Shown here: piece after piece, positions 8,829-18,195 of the stretch
How the letters are laid out: every line of letters starts with the position of its first letter
How positions within the stretch are numbered: the first letter of the stretch is position 1
Assembly: GCA_963741095.1 (NCBI GenBank)
Contig: CAVUGN010000002.1
Span: 96,001 to 160,000 of the forward strand
Origin: an uncultured Candidatus Micrarchaeota archaeon
GTDB lineage: Archaea > Micrarchaeota > Micrarchaeia > Micrarchaeales > Micrarchaeaceae
DNA: 64,000 nt
Direction: 5' to 3'
The notes under the pieces: generated by a model
Told to the model about the DNA's origin: nothing
What the model saw: the letters and a program-made list of their open reading frames with translations, nothing else
Database searches by the model: none
Made by a program: the position numbers and the translations under genes

Positions 8829-9731
8829 TCATCCCAGCACACTTTTCACTCTGCCAGCGGCGAATATCCTCGGCATCGCTTTCCTTATGAGCAGCACCTC
8901 CGTTCCCACCTCTGCCGGCAGCTTCGCTTTGAGATCAAGCTCAACCACATTGCCATCGACCTTGGTCACCGCACAATCGCTGAATCCGAAGCCCATGACG
9001 AGCCTGTACTGCGCGCCCTCCACCATCTTTTCCACAGCCATCTTGCTAGTCGTGAATTCGACGGAAATCCTACTGGCCCTACCGACCGGCGTCGCAGTCA
9101 GCAGATCACCTTTTCCGATGTCCTCATGCGATATGTCCTTAAGCGAGACCCCGACCCGCGTGCCCCTGTCGGCAGAAGTGATATCCACATCCTGGCTCTG
9201 AAGGCCCCTAACCACCACGAGCTTGCCTGACGTGTGGTAAAGCTTGTCGTGCTGCCTTATCACGCCCCTGGTAACTATTCCAAGTGCGACGGTGCCCACG
9301 CCCTTGACCGGGAAGCCCTTGTCTATGTCAACTCTTATCGTCCCTTCGCCTGCCGGCTGCGCGCTCTTCCGCACTGCATCCAGCAGTTCGGCCCTCGATA
9401 CCACACGGTAGCCGGACAGGCCCGAACCCTTCAATATCCCTTCCGCGTCGCTGTCATCGGTCAGCAGCAGCGGCCGCCCGAGCAGCGACGCCGCTATCAG
9501 GGCCTCCCCGAATCTCCTATCCATTGCCAAGGTGCTCAGAACGACCTGGGTGGAAAGCAGCAGGGACTGCGCAAGCGCGTAAACCTTCTCGTCCTCCTGG
9601 TTGGGATAGAGCACCACAACGACGTCATTCTCAAGCTTCCTGTTGTAGAAGGTTATGCTATTCTCCGAGCCCTTCTTGCCTATGAATGATGCGAGGTTTT
9701 CATCGACCGGCACTGATATTACTATGTTCAT
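8829..9731 (-). CDS. Archaeal SelB-like / EF-Tu-like protein (aSelBL) with degenerate G domain
   Basis: Domain II motif VDIDKGFPVKGVGTVALGIVTRG and the N-terminal IGKKGS..SITFYN of aSelBL. No intact GHVDHGKT P-loop. Confidence 0.8.
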   Translation of the reverse strand: MNIVISVPVDENLASFIGKKGSENSITFYNRKLENDVVVVLYPNQEDEKVYALAQSLLLSTQVVLSTLAMDRRFGEALIAASLLGRPLLLTDDSDAEGILKGSGLSGYRVVSRAELLDAVRKSAQPAGEGTIRVDIDKGFPVKGVGTVALGIVTRGVIRQHDKLYHTSGKLVVVRGLQSQDVDITSADRGTRVGVSLKDISHEDIGKGDLLTATPVGRASRISVEFTTSKMAVEKMVEGAQYRLVMGFGFSDCAVTKVDGNVVELDLKAKLPAEVGTEVLLIRKAMPRIFAAGRVKSVLG

Positions 9732-9759
9732 AAAATCCTTTGCAAATCTCAATGCGATT

Positions 9760-10482
9760 TCACGGTATGAGCGAAGTGAGCACGTATATCAGCAGGACGC
9801 CAAGCCCCATGAACAGCATCATCTTCCAATAGGTGTGCTTGTGGGTCTCCGGCAGCAGGTGCGACGCGCCGATGTAGAGGAACTCCCCTACGAAGAAGGC
9901 GAGCAGCAGCGCCAGCGCCCCCTCGCCTATGTTGACCGCAGAGGTGAACACCACTCCGACGACCGGGGCAAGCGCGTCCATGATCAGGAAGAGCTGCGTC
10001 CGAAGCAGTTTCTGCTTGTTCTTGAGCATGAGCGTGACGGTGTTTATCCCATCAGTGAAATCGTGGAATATGACCGCAAAAGCGACTATGAGACCCACCG
10101 AAGGGTTCACGGCATAGGCTGTGCCTATCGCAACTCCGTCAAGGAAGCTGTGGATAACAAGGCTGCTAGCGCCTATGGGGCCCATGATGTGCCCGTGCTC
10201 GTCATTCTCATCGTAATGGTGCGTCAGCAGTACCTTCTCCAGGAAGCTGTAGATCAGATAGGATATCACGACAACGGTGAGAACCGTCCTCACCGGTAGG
10301 TCTATCGAGCTCGCTATGCTCAGGCTCTCGGGAAGTATGTCAAAAAACGCGATTGAGATGAGGCTGCCAGATGCAAAGGCGAAGAAGTAGGGCAGGACTC
10401 TCCTGTACTTGACTGCCACTATGCCCCCGATCATGGTCGAAAAGAAAGTTATTGTCGCCAGAACAATCAAGATAGCCATCAT
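9760..10482 (-). CDS. ZIP-family metal transporter
   Basis: IHSFLDGVAIG, IFHDFTDG, a His-rich loop and LLPE motifs. Confidence 0.9.
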   Translation of the reverse strand: MMAILIVLATITFFSTMIGGIVAVKYRRVLPYFFAFASGSLISIAFFDILPESLSIASSIDLPVRTVLTVVVISYLIYSFLEKVLLTHHYDENDEHGHIMGPIGASSLVIHSFLDGVAIGTAYAVNPSVGLIVAFAVIFHDFTDGINTVTLMLKNKQKLLRTQLFLIMDALAPVVGVVFTSAVNIGEGALALLLAFFVGEFLYIGASHLLPETHKHTYWKMMLFMGLGVLLIYVLTSLIP

Positions 10483-10522
10483 GCATACCACACATAAAAG
10501 ATTTCCTTGCTCCCCGGCAAGA

Positions 10523-11839
10523 TCAGACCTTTATCACCGGAGACAGATCAGTGACCCCAAGCTTCTTGCAGGTTTCGTCCGGATTATCATAATAGTTCTT
10601 TACCATCTCGTTTATGCTCTTCATGTCCCTCTTGCCGAGCTGGTTCATCTTTTCAAGAATAACCGCGCGCACCTTCTCCTCGCCGAGTATGTCCGAAGGC
10701 GGAACCCCTAGAAGCTTGGCCACCGTGTCCCTGTAGGTGACGCTGGGCAGTATCGGGGATCCCTTGAATGTGCGGTAATCAAACTTGTAAAGATCGGATA
10801 GGAGCACCTGTGTTTCAATGCCCGATACCTCTGACACCTGCGTTACCGCCCTGAACGGCTTGCCACCCGTGTAGACGAGCGACACTATGACGAGCGCGTC
10901 TATCACCGGTATTATGTCCCTCGGCACGTTCATCGGCGTGTGCAGCAGCCTGTTCACCATGTCCCTCGTGGATGACGCGTGTATGGTGCCCATCGATATC
11001 TTTCCGACATTCATTGCTGTTATCATGTCGTTCGCTTCTGCGCCTCGTATCTCCCCTATTATTATCATGTCAGGCCTCATCCTGAGGGCGTTCTTCACGA
11101 GGTCCTCCATGGGCATGTCTTCGGTCGTTTCAAGCCTGACGCAGTTCTCCTGCGTTTCGGTGTCCAGCTCGTAGGTCTCCTCTATGGTGACTATGCGCTG
11201 CTCCGGCCTGAAGAAGGAGAACATCGCGTTGAGCAGCGTCGTCTTTCCCGCCGCGGGCATTCCGCCGATGAGCATGTTAGCCGGCCTTACCTTCAACCCG
11301 TCGACATAGAGCCAGAGCCTGGCCGCCATGTCGTAGTTCAGTTCGTTCCTGTTTACCAGGTCAAGTATGCTGAACGGCGATTTCTTGAAATTCCTAACCG
11401 TCACGTCATAGCCCAACGGCGAGGATATTATGTTGACCCTGCTGCCTGTCGGCAGGTGCACGTCAAGTATGTTGCCCTTGGACGCCTCATTGGTCGCGTA
11501 GAGCTTGAGCTTGTCCACGAAGCGGTCCAACTCCTCGGTGTTGTTCATGGTCTTGTCAAGCTTCTTGCACCCCTCGCTAGAGGTCTGCACGAATATGTTG
11601 CTGGTGTTGTTTATCATTATGTCCTCGACGTCATCGCTCACCAGCATCTCATTTATGGGCGAAAGATCGCTCATGTCGGTTATTATCTCCTGAACTTGTT
11701 CATTGGTCACTTCAATAGAAAGAGCCTTCACGACCGAAGTTATCAGGTAGTTCCTTTCCTCGACGGAGCGCAAATTCACGAACCTGCCCTTCAGCCTTGC
11801 CAATACGGCATTCTCCAAACGGCGTAGTTCCTTGTCCAT
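10523..11839 (-). CDS. Type II/IV secretion ATPase (TadA/CpaF/VirB11-like)
   Basis: Walker A GMPAAGKT, TIEETYEL, LRMRPDMIIIGEIRG and GTIHA. Confidence 0.9.
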   Translation of the reverse strand: MDKELRRLENAVLARLKGRFVNLRSVEERNYLITSVVKALSIEVTNEQVQEIITDMSDLSPINEMLVSDDVEDIMINNTSNIFVQTSSEGCKKLDKTMNNTEELDRFVDKLKLYATNEASKGNILDVHLPTGSRVNIISSPLGYDVTVRNFKKSPFSILDLVNRNELNYDMAARLWLYVDGLKVRPANMLIGGMPAAGKTTLLNAMFSFFRPEQRIVTIEETYELDTETQENCVRLETTEDMPMEDLVKNALRMRPDMIIIGEIRGAEANDMITAMNVGKISMGTIHASSTRDMVNRLLHTPMNVPRDIIPVIDALVIVSLVYTGGKPFRAVTQVSEVSGIETQVLLSDLYKFDYRTFKGSPILPSVTYRDTVAKLLGVPPSDILGEEKVRAVILEKMNQLGKRDMKSINEMVKNYYDNPDETCKKLGVTDLSPVIKV

Positions 11840-11886
11840 GCCATCAAGCTAGATAATAAAACAAGGCAAACTATAAAGATGTTGCA

Positions 11887-13083
11887 TCATGTGCTGGGGA
11901 GTATGGCGTCTATGACGAAGTTCGGGTCATAGGGCACGAGCGCGTCATAGCCTTCGCCTGTGCCGAAGAACAGCACGGGCCTGCCCGTCGTGTGCGCGAT
12001 GGAGAGAGCGCCGCCGCCCTTCGCATCGCAATCAAGCTTCGTGAGTATTATCCCGTCGATGTTCATGAACTTGCCGAACTCCCTTACCTGTTCGGATATC
12101 ATGTTGCCTGCCGTGCTTTCGCCGACGAATATTATGAGATCGGGCTTCGCCACCCGCACCATCTTCTTCATCTCGTCTATGAGGCTCTTGTTGGTCTCCT
12201 GCCTGCCCGCGCTGTCTATCAGCACCGCATCGATGCCGTGCGCGGTGGCGTAGGCTATCGCGTCGAATGCAACGCTGGCCGGGTCCGAACCGTAGCTGCT
12301 CCTTATGACCGGCACGCCTATCTTGTTCGCGTGGTGTTCTATCTGCTCTATTGCTGCGGCCCTGAAAGTGTCGCTTGCGGACAGGACGTTGCTTATCCCC
12401 GCGTTCTTGAATCTGTAGGCGAGCTTCGCTATGGTGGTGGTCTTCCCGGTCCCGTTAGGCCCCAGGAAGAGTATCTTTACCGGCTTGCGGCCTTCCGATA
12501 TCCTGTCCTTCATCAATTGCATCATATCAAAGTTCTTTGTGCTTGTCAGCACGGAGAGCAGGGAGTTCCTTATCATGCCGGTGACCTCGCCCTCTATGTT
12601 CCTGGAGCTGACCGGCGTCTCTTTAAACCGTTTCTGGAGATCTGCCAAGAAATACTCTGTTGTCTCGTAAGAGACGTCTGACTGCAGCATCGAGACCTTC
12701 ATCGCATCCAGAAACTTGTCTATGTCGGAGTCGCTCAGCTTTACCGTACCCACGAAGACGCTTTTTATCTTCGTCTTGAGCGACAGATTGATCAGGCTAT
12801 CCTTGCGCTTCTCTGCCGGTTCCGCGGTTTTTGCCTGCGTTGCCGGAGACGGCTGCGCCTTTTCAACGAGTTTCTCGACAACCTTCTCGGTTTCAGGAGC
12901 AGCGACTTTTATCTCTTCTATCTTGACCGGTTTTTCGACTTTTACCGGAGCCACCTTGACCTCCGGGGCGATCTCGGGCGTCTTCTCGGCCACAACCTGC
13001 GGCTTCGCCTCTATCTCCGCTTTCTCGGTTTTTATGAAGGAACTGACTGCGTTTTTCAGCTTCTTTTTCAGTTCATCAAACAT
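11887..13083 (-). CDS. ftsY: SRP receptor FtsY
   Basis: GPNGTGKTTTIAKLA, DTFRAAA, DSAGR and TKLDCDAKGG; acidic N-terminal region. Confidence 0.97.
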   Translation of the reverse strand: MFDELKKKLKNAVSSFIKTEKAEIEAKPQVVAEKTPEIAPEVKVAPVKVEKPVKIEEIKVAAPETEKVVEKLVEKAQPSPATQAKTAEPAEKRKDSLINLSLKTKIKSVFVGTVKLSDSDIDKFLDAMKVSMLQSDVSYETTEYFLADLQKRFKETPVSSRNIEGEVTGMIRNSLLSVLTSTKNFDMMQLMKDRISEGRKPVKILFLGPNGTGKTTTIAKLAYRFKNAGISNVLSASDTFRAAAIEQIEHHANKIGVPVIRSSYGSDPASVAFDAIAYATAHGIDAVLIDSAGRQETNKSLIDEMKKMVRVAKPDLIIFVGESTAGNMISEQVREFGKFMNIDGIILTKLDCDAKGGGALSIAHTTGRPVLFFGTGEGYDALVPYDPNFVIDAILPST

Positions 13084-13091
13084 GGATATAC

Positions 13092-13514
13092 CTACCTGAT
13101 GGCCTTCTCCATCTTGTACGATATGTCGATAAGCGCGTTCTGCAGGTCCTTCCTGTTCTTGGCCAGGCCGTTGAGCAATTCCGTCCTTTTTGTCATCACT
13201 CTGCTGATGTAACCCTTCGCCTCTTCGATGTTCTTCTCGACGAGGTAACCCCCGCCTATGCTCACTATCACCGCGCCGGCGTTCTTCACCTCAGTCTTCA
13301 TGTACACGCTGGCGCCGACGTGCATCAGCGTCTCCTTGCCCTTCATCATCTCGCTGTTCTCCAGGGTGTTCTGCACCGCGCTCAGCATCTGTACCTCCTG
13401 CAGGCGCATGTTCATCGTGTTGTTAAGCACAGCGTACTGGTTCTGGTAGATCTGCTGCATGTACCTGAGCTCTTCGATACCTTCCGCATTTTCTCTCTCT
13501 TCATTTTCGGCCAT
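13092..13514 (-). CDS. pfdA: Prefoldin alpha subunit
   Basis: Coiled coils flanking ETLMHVGASVY...VIVSIGGGYLVEK; conserved position before ftsY. Confidence 0.93.
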   Translation of the reverse strand: MAENEERENAEGIEELRYMQQIYQNQYAVLNNTMNMRLQEVQMLSAVQNTLENSEMMKGKETLMHVGASVYMKTEVKNAGAVIVSIGGGYLVEKNIEEAKGYISRVMTKRTELLNGLAKNRKDLQNALIDISYKMEKAIR

Positions 13515-13561
13515 GAACGCACCCTTACTAATTCCACGCTTGCATTTAAGTGTTTACCGCA

Positions 13562-14233
13562 CTATTCCGAACCCAACCCGTCCATTATCCGCTGCAGCTC
13601 GTAGCCCGTCGTCTCCTCCCCGGCAATCACTGCCTTCGAGTTCGCTATCACCGAAAGCCCCACGTAAAGGGAACCCATGTTCGCGGTCGTCTTCTCCGAC
13701 CGGAATCCGCACCAGTTCTCGATCTTTTCCTTCTCCTGATCGGTGCACCTGTTGCTCACGACCAGGCCCTTGTTCGTGAGTATGTTGTTCGCGCCCACGG
13801 TCCTGAAACCTCCTATCTTTGCCTCGATGACCTCGACGCCGAGCGTGTCCCCTATCTGCTGCTTCGCTCTCAGGTCGTAATCGGAATTGACTATCGCTAT
13901 CTTGTCGTTGCACAGCACGTTGCTGCCTATCGCGTTGAGGTCGCTTTCTATGGTGCCTATGTTGATGCCCAGGCCCGATCTCTTCAGCACCTCGACCTCA
14001 TCATCCATCATCAGGCTCGACACCACTATGCCGTTGGAATTCGCCCTTGCGAACAATCCAACAAGGTCGGAGCCGGACACGGACATCTCGACGACCTTCG
14101 CTCCAAGCACTTCGGACATGATCTTCTTGTTGTTGTCGGTCAGCCCGCTGCCCACGAAGACCAGGTTGTCGGACGCAGTTGCAAAAACACCAACGTAGCC
14201 GCTACCCTTGATATTGTACTTGACCGATTCCAT
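13562..14233 (-). CDS. eif6: Translation initiation factor 6 (aIF6)
   Basis: GSGYVGVF, ANSNG, GSNVLCND, TNKG, ANSKAVIAG..TTGYEL repeats. Confidence 0.95.
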   Translation of the reverse strand: MESVKYNIKGSGYVGVFATASDNLVFVGSGLTDNNKKIMSEVLGAKVVEMSVSGSDLVGLFARANSNGIVVSSLMMDDEVEVLKRSGLGINIGTIESDLNAIGSNVLCNDKIAIVNSDYDLRAKQQIGDTLGVEVIEAKIGGFRTVGANNILTNKGLVVSNRCTDQEKEKIENWCGFRSEKTTANMGSLYVGLSVIANSKAVIAGEETTGYELQRIMDGLGSE

Positions 14234-14250
14234 AAAAAACGCTTTTAACA

Positions 14251-14580
14251 TTACTTCTTGACTTCCACAGCCTTCTTGGCCGGCTCCTTCGCTGCTGCGG
14301 CCTTAGATTCCTCCTTCTTGGCAGCCTTCTCGACGAACTGCGTCACCGTAGCGACGCCGTTGTCTATGTTGACGTTGACCTTCATCGGCGCCATTGTTTT
14401 CGAGTACTTCTTGAAAATCAGCGTGTTGAGGCCCTGGTCTATCCTGACGTTCCCAGGCTCTGTCTTCGTAAGGTGCGCCACGCGCTCTATCAGGAACTTG
14501 ACGTTCTTGTTTATCCTCTTGGTTCTCGGCTGCGTCGAGAGATACCTTCGTATGTTTATCGTTATCAATCGGTTTTGCAT
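14251..14580 (-). CDS. rpl31e: 50S ribosomal protein eL31
   Basis: RLITINIR...PRTKR...VRIDQGLN; syntenic between eL39 and aIF6. Confidence 0.85.
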   Translation of the reverse strand: MQNRLITINIRRYLSTQPRTKRINKNVKFLIERVAHLTKTEPGNVRIDQGLNTLIFKKYSKTMAPMKVNVNIDNGVATVTQFVEKAAKKEESKAAAAKEPAKKAVEVKK

Positions 14581-14742
14581 TTAATTCACGTCAAGCTTTA
14601 GCTTGTTCCTCCTCCAGTCCCTGCCGAACAGGTTCGATTGAAGCCTCCTGTGCGTCCTCAGCGATGCAAGAAGCGGCAGCCTCCTGGCACGCTTGTTCCT
14701 GTTTCCCAGCGTCATCTTGAAACTCCTTGATTTCTTCGACAT
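14581..14742 (-). CDS. rpl39e: 50S ribosomal protein eL39
   Basis: Not in the track. MSKKSRSFKMTLGNRNKRARRLPLLASLRTHRRLQSNLFGRDWRRNKLKLDVN has the RxWRRxKL signature and canonical synteny. Confidence 0.9.
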   Translation of the reverse strand: MSKKSRSFKMTLGNRNKRARRLPLLASLRTHRRLQSNLFGRDWRRNKLKLDVN

Positions 14743-14750
14743 ACAACACA

Positions 14751-15062
14751 CTACTTATGCTTAAACGCAATTGTCGGTTCCTTCTTGTATGATATTTTTT
14801 CAAGTATCGACTTCAACTGTGCCTCCGATACCTTCCCTGTCACTCTGTTGGTCTGCACGAGGTTCACGATCAGGCCAACAAGCTGATCGTACAGCTCCGG
14901 GTTCGAGACCCTTATGTTCATCATACGCTCGTAAGCGTTGGGTTCGAGGAACTGCCTCATTATCTCCTTCTTCTGCTGATCTATCTGCTGCTTCCTCATT
15001 GCTTCTGCTACTCTCTTGCGCATCTCCTTTTGGTACCTCTGCTCCTCGTCTTCTTCAGCCAT
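14751..15062 (-). CDS. PDCD5-like DNA-binding protein
   Basis: IMRQFLEPNAYERMMNIRVSNPE...VSEAQLKSILEKI; synteny after eS19. Confidence 0.9.
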   Translation of the reverse strand: MAEEDEEQRYQKEMRKRVAEAMRKQQIDQQKKEIMRQFLEPNAYERMMNIRVSNPELYDQLVGLIVNLVQTNRVTGKVSEAQLKSILEKISYKKEPTIAFKHK

Positions 15063-15075
15063 CGCAAGTACCTCC

Positions 15076-15489
15076 TTACTGCTTGCTGCTGACCTCCTTG
15101 CATATCTTGTCCATGAAGGACTTGCCTGCGGGCGTTATCACTCTTCCCGCCTTTGTGTTTTTCACATAGCCAGCCTTCTCAAGCTCAATCATCGAATCCC
15201 TTATGATGCTGCCTCCAGCCCTGACATGATGCTTCTTGTGCACCACATGCTCCTGCTTCTTTCCGTACTTGGTCCTAAGGCGCGACACGCCGACAGGGCC
15301 GTTCATGTAGACCTGCCTGAGTATCGAGGCGCTCCTCACATACCAGAAGTTCGGGTCGCTCGGAAGTCTTTCCCTTCCAGAGCCCGACTTGACGAAATCC
15401 ATGTAGGCAGGCTTCTTCAGCTTGTCGTGCAGCCTCTCAGCTGCAAGGATTATAACGTCTGAAGCCTTCACATCGTAAACGGTTACCAT
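15076..15489 (-). CDS. rps19e: 30S ribosomal protein eS19
   Basis: MVTVYDV, FVKSG..RERLP, WYVRSASILR, GPVGVSRLRTKYG and GRVITPAG. Confidence 0.97.
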   Translation of the reverse strand: MVTVYDVKASDVIILAAERLHDKLKKPAYMDFVKSGSGRERLPSDPNFWYVRSASILRQVYMNGPVGVSRLRTKYGKKQEHVVHKKHHVRAGGSIIRDSMIELEKAGYVKNTKAGRVITPAGKSFMDKICKEVSSKQ

Positions 15490-15616
15490 AAGCTCACAAG
15501 CATAAAAGCAGTGACAAACAGCGATACTATTTAGTCGAAAAATCTATTAATACCTTTGTCTTTGTTCTGGAGCATTACCGGCACTGAGATACCGATTGGA
15601 AACGCCCGAAACGCGC

Positions 15617-16588
15617 CTAATTCCTGAAACGCTTAAAATTGCTGCGCCTTTCATGGGGCTTGAACCTTGCTGACGGGCCTCTTTGTGACGGCGGCCTGTC
15701 GCTCCAGGTGCTCTTCCTGTTCTTATCGCCGCTCCACTCCTTCCTTGGTGCGGCTGGCGGCCTGTTGTCCTTTACGGGAGCTGCCGGCTTGCTCTTGCCG
15801 GTCTTCATGTTCCTCATGCTCTTGTCAATGGCCTCCTTCAGCTCCTTGGCTATGAACCTCTTTGAGAATGCATCCGCCCTTGAGGCGATGCTTATCTTCG
15901 TGGCGTATATCCTGGCTATCCTGCCCCTAAGTTCGCGCTTGGCGCCGCCTATCTGCGTCAGTTTGAACAGAACACCGTACTTCGGCGCCTTGCTACCGAA
16001 CTTGAGGTGCTTGAACAGCGCCTTCTCTGCTCCTAGCAATTGCAGCGTGCTCGCAGGCATCGTCGCAAGCCTTTCCAATGAACCAGCTTTGCTCAGCAGC
16101 TCAGCCGCCACCTTCTCGTCCGTCAGATAAGTGATGTTCGGCATCACCCTGTTCGATGCACCTTTCATGTAACTGTCAAGCTCGTCCAGGGCCTCCTTCG
16201 CGTCCTTTCCTAACCTGGCGAATCCCACCAGCGCCCTCCTCTCATTCTCGTTCATCTGCCTCCCCATAGATGAGGATGCCTTTTCGAATATCTCTGCGCT
16301 CTTCCTGTCGTCCTTCAAAACAGCGTTGATTGCTTCTTTGCTAAGCTTGCTCCTGTCGTTGAGCACAAGCGCAAGCTCTGCAAGCTTCTCCTGGTCAGCG
16401 ACCTTCACCTCGGGGTAGTATATGCCGTACCACTCAGAAAGGCGCTCGTACATCAGATTGTAGGATTTCGAGGTCTCAAGGTAGGCGTTTATCGCCTGCA
16501 TGAGCGCGTACTCCTCATTAGCGTAGGCTTCCTTTATCTCGCTCTTTGTCTTGCTGAAGGCCTTTTCCCTCTGCTGCTCGAACGTCAT
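15617..16588 (-). CDS. nop5: Box C/D RNP protein Nop5/Nop56
   Basis: RLSEWYGIYYPE, MPASTLQLLGAEKALFKHL, PKYG and RGRIAR...IASRAD; basic tail. Confidence 0.93.
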   Translation of the reverse strand: MTFEQQREKAFSKTKSEIKEAYANEEYALMQAINAYLETSKSYNLMYERLSEWYGIYYPEVKVADQEKLAELALVLNDRSKLSKEAINAVLKDDRKSAEIFEKASSSMGRQMNENERRALVGFARLGKDAKEALDELDSYMKGASNRVMPNITYLTDEKVAAELLSKAGSLERLATMPASTLQLLGAEKALFKHLKFGSKAPKYGVLFKLTQIGGAKRELRGRIARIYATKISIASRADAFSKRFIAKELKEAIDKSMRNMKTGKSKPAAPVKDNRPPAAPRKEWSGDKNRKSTWSDRPPSQRGPSARFKPHERRSNFKRFRN

Positions 16589-16691
16589 TTCTGCCAGAAT
16601 AGCACCGATAATGAATAGTGCACACAATTATAATAAACTCTTTGATGATAACTATACCGGTCTAGTTTTCACCAAGACTGAAGGTATTCTT

Positions 16692-18185
16692 ATGAACATT
16701 GATGATCTGTTTGCATTGGCAAAAAGCAGGGGTCTCTTCTGGCAGAGCGCCGAGATATACGGCGGTCTCGCCGGCATATACGATTACGGCCATCTGGGGA
16801 CGCTCATTAAGAGGCGGTTCGAGAACACCTGGCTCTCATTCTTCGTGGAATCGAGCGACAACTACTACCTGATTGAGGGATCAACAATACTCCCAGAAAA
16901 GCCGCTTGTCTCATCCGGTCATGCGGAGAGATTCAACGACGTGATAATAAGCTGTATGAAGTGCCATTCGTATTACCGCGCTGACGTCCTGCTTGCGGAT
17001 CTCAAAGTTGAGGTGTCGGAGGGCGCGACCCCCGAAGAGATAGACAAGGCAGTGCAGCAGAGCGGTGCAAAGTGCCCAAAGTGCAAGGGGCAACTGTCAA
17101 AATCCAAGGCATTCAACATGATGATGGATCTGTACCTCGGTCCGGAGAAGACCGACAAGAGCTACCTAAGGCCCGAGACTGCGCAATCCGCTTATCTTAA
17201 CTTCTTCAGGGAGTTCAACATCCGAAGGAGAGCACTGCCCATGGGCATAGCGCTGATAGGGAAGGCTTACCGCAACGAGATATCGCCAAGGCAGGGCCTT
17301 TACAGGATGAGAGAGCTGACGCAGGCAGAGCTCCAGATATTCTTCGACCCGAACTCGTGGAAAGTCGACACCGATTACCTGGGCAATCCGGCAGTCAACG
17401 TCGTAACCTACAAGAAGGGGACGATGGAGAAGAAAAAGATTGGCGAGCTGGTCAGTGATGGCACGGTGCCCGAATTCTACGGATACCACATGGCGCTCAT
17501 ACACACGTTCTATACGAAAGTTCTCAAGGTTCCCGAAGAGAAGTTCAGGTTTTTCGAGAAAGGCGGCGAGGACAAGGCATTCTACAACAAGATACACATG
17601 GATCTCGAGGTCGACATCGAAAGCTGGGGCGGCTTCAAGGAAGTTGGCGGTCTTCACTACAGAGGCGACTACGACCTCACATCGCACACGAAGGGCTCCA
17701 ATCAGGACCTGTCGGTATCGATCGATGGCAAGAGGATAATGCCGAACGTACTGGAGCTCAGTTTCGGCGTTGACAGGAACGTGTGGATGCTCATCGACGT
17801 GTTCTACAAGAAGGACGGCGAGAGGTCGCTGCTCAGCCTGCCTCCGATCATGGCGCCCTACCAAGCCGCGGTGTTTTCGCTGCAAAAGGATCCAGAGATC
17901 GAGAAAGCAACAGCTAAGTTGCGCATCATACTAAAATCGCGCTTCAAGATATTCGCCGACGAATCCGGTTCGATCGGAAAGAAGTATGCCAGAATGGACG
18001 AGGTCGGCACGCCCTACTGCATAACCGTGGATTTTGATTCCGTGAACAAGGAATCGAAGGATTACGGTACGGTGACCGTGCGCAGCAGAGACGACAGATC
18101 TCAGGTGCGCATGCCTCTAGAAAAGGTACTGCCGTTCATGGAAGAAAAATTCGCGTTCAATCCCATGGAATTCATGAAGGCATAA
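16692..18185 (+). CDS. glyS: Glycine--tRNA ligase (archaeal/eukaryotic type)
   Basis: SAEIYGG, LRPETAQ, YRNEISPRQG, ELSFGVDR and SIGKKYARMDEVGTP. Confidence 0.96.
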   Translation: MNIDDLFALAKSRGLFWQSAEIYGGLAGIYDYGHLGTLIKRRFENTWLSFFVESSDNYYLIEGSTILPEKPLVSSGHAERFNDVIISCMKCHSYYRADVLLADLKVEVSEGATPEEIDKAVQQSGAKCPKCKGQLSKSKAFNMMMDLYLGPEKTDKSYLRPETAQSAYLNFFREFNIRRRALPMGIALIGKAYRNEISPRQGLYRMRELTQAELQIFFDPNSWKVDTDYLGNPAVNVVTYKKGTMEKKKIGELVSDGTVPEFYGYHMALIHTFYTKVLKVPEEKFRFFEKGGEDKAFYNKIHMDLEVDIESWGGFKEVGGLHYRGDYDLTSHTKGSNQDLSVSIDGKRIMPNVLELSFGVDRNVWMLIDVFYKKDGERSLLSLPPIMAPYQAAVFSLQKDPEIEKATAKLRIILKSRFKIFADESGSIGKKYARMDEVGTPYCITVDFDSVNKESKDYGTVTVRSRDDRSQVRMPLEKVLPFMEEKFAFNPMEFMKA

Positions 18186-18195
18186 GGTAGATGAG

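Noticed and set aside
8829-9731. Selenocysteine incorporation system
   Set aside because: The protein lacks the SelB P-loop and domain IV; no selD, tRNA-Sec or in-frame TGA selenoprotein was seen.
14591-14803. 70-aa ORF from the track
   Set aside because: Wrong frame; the real gene is eL39 at 14581-14742.
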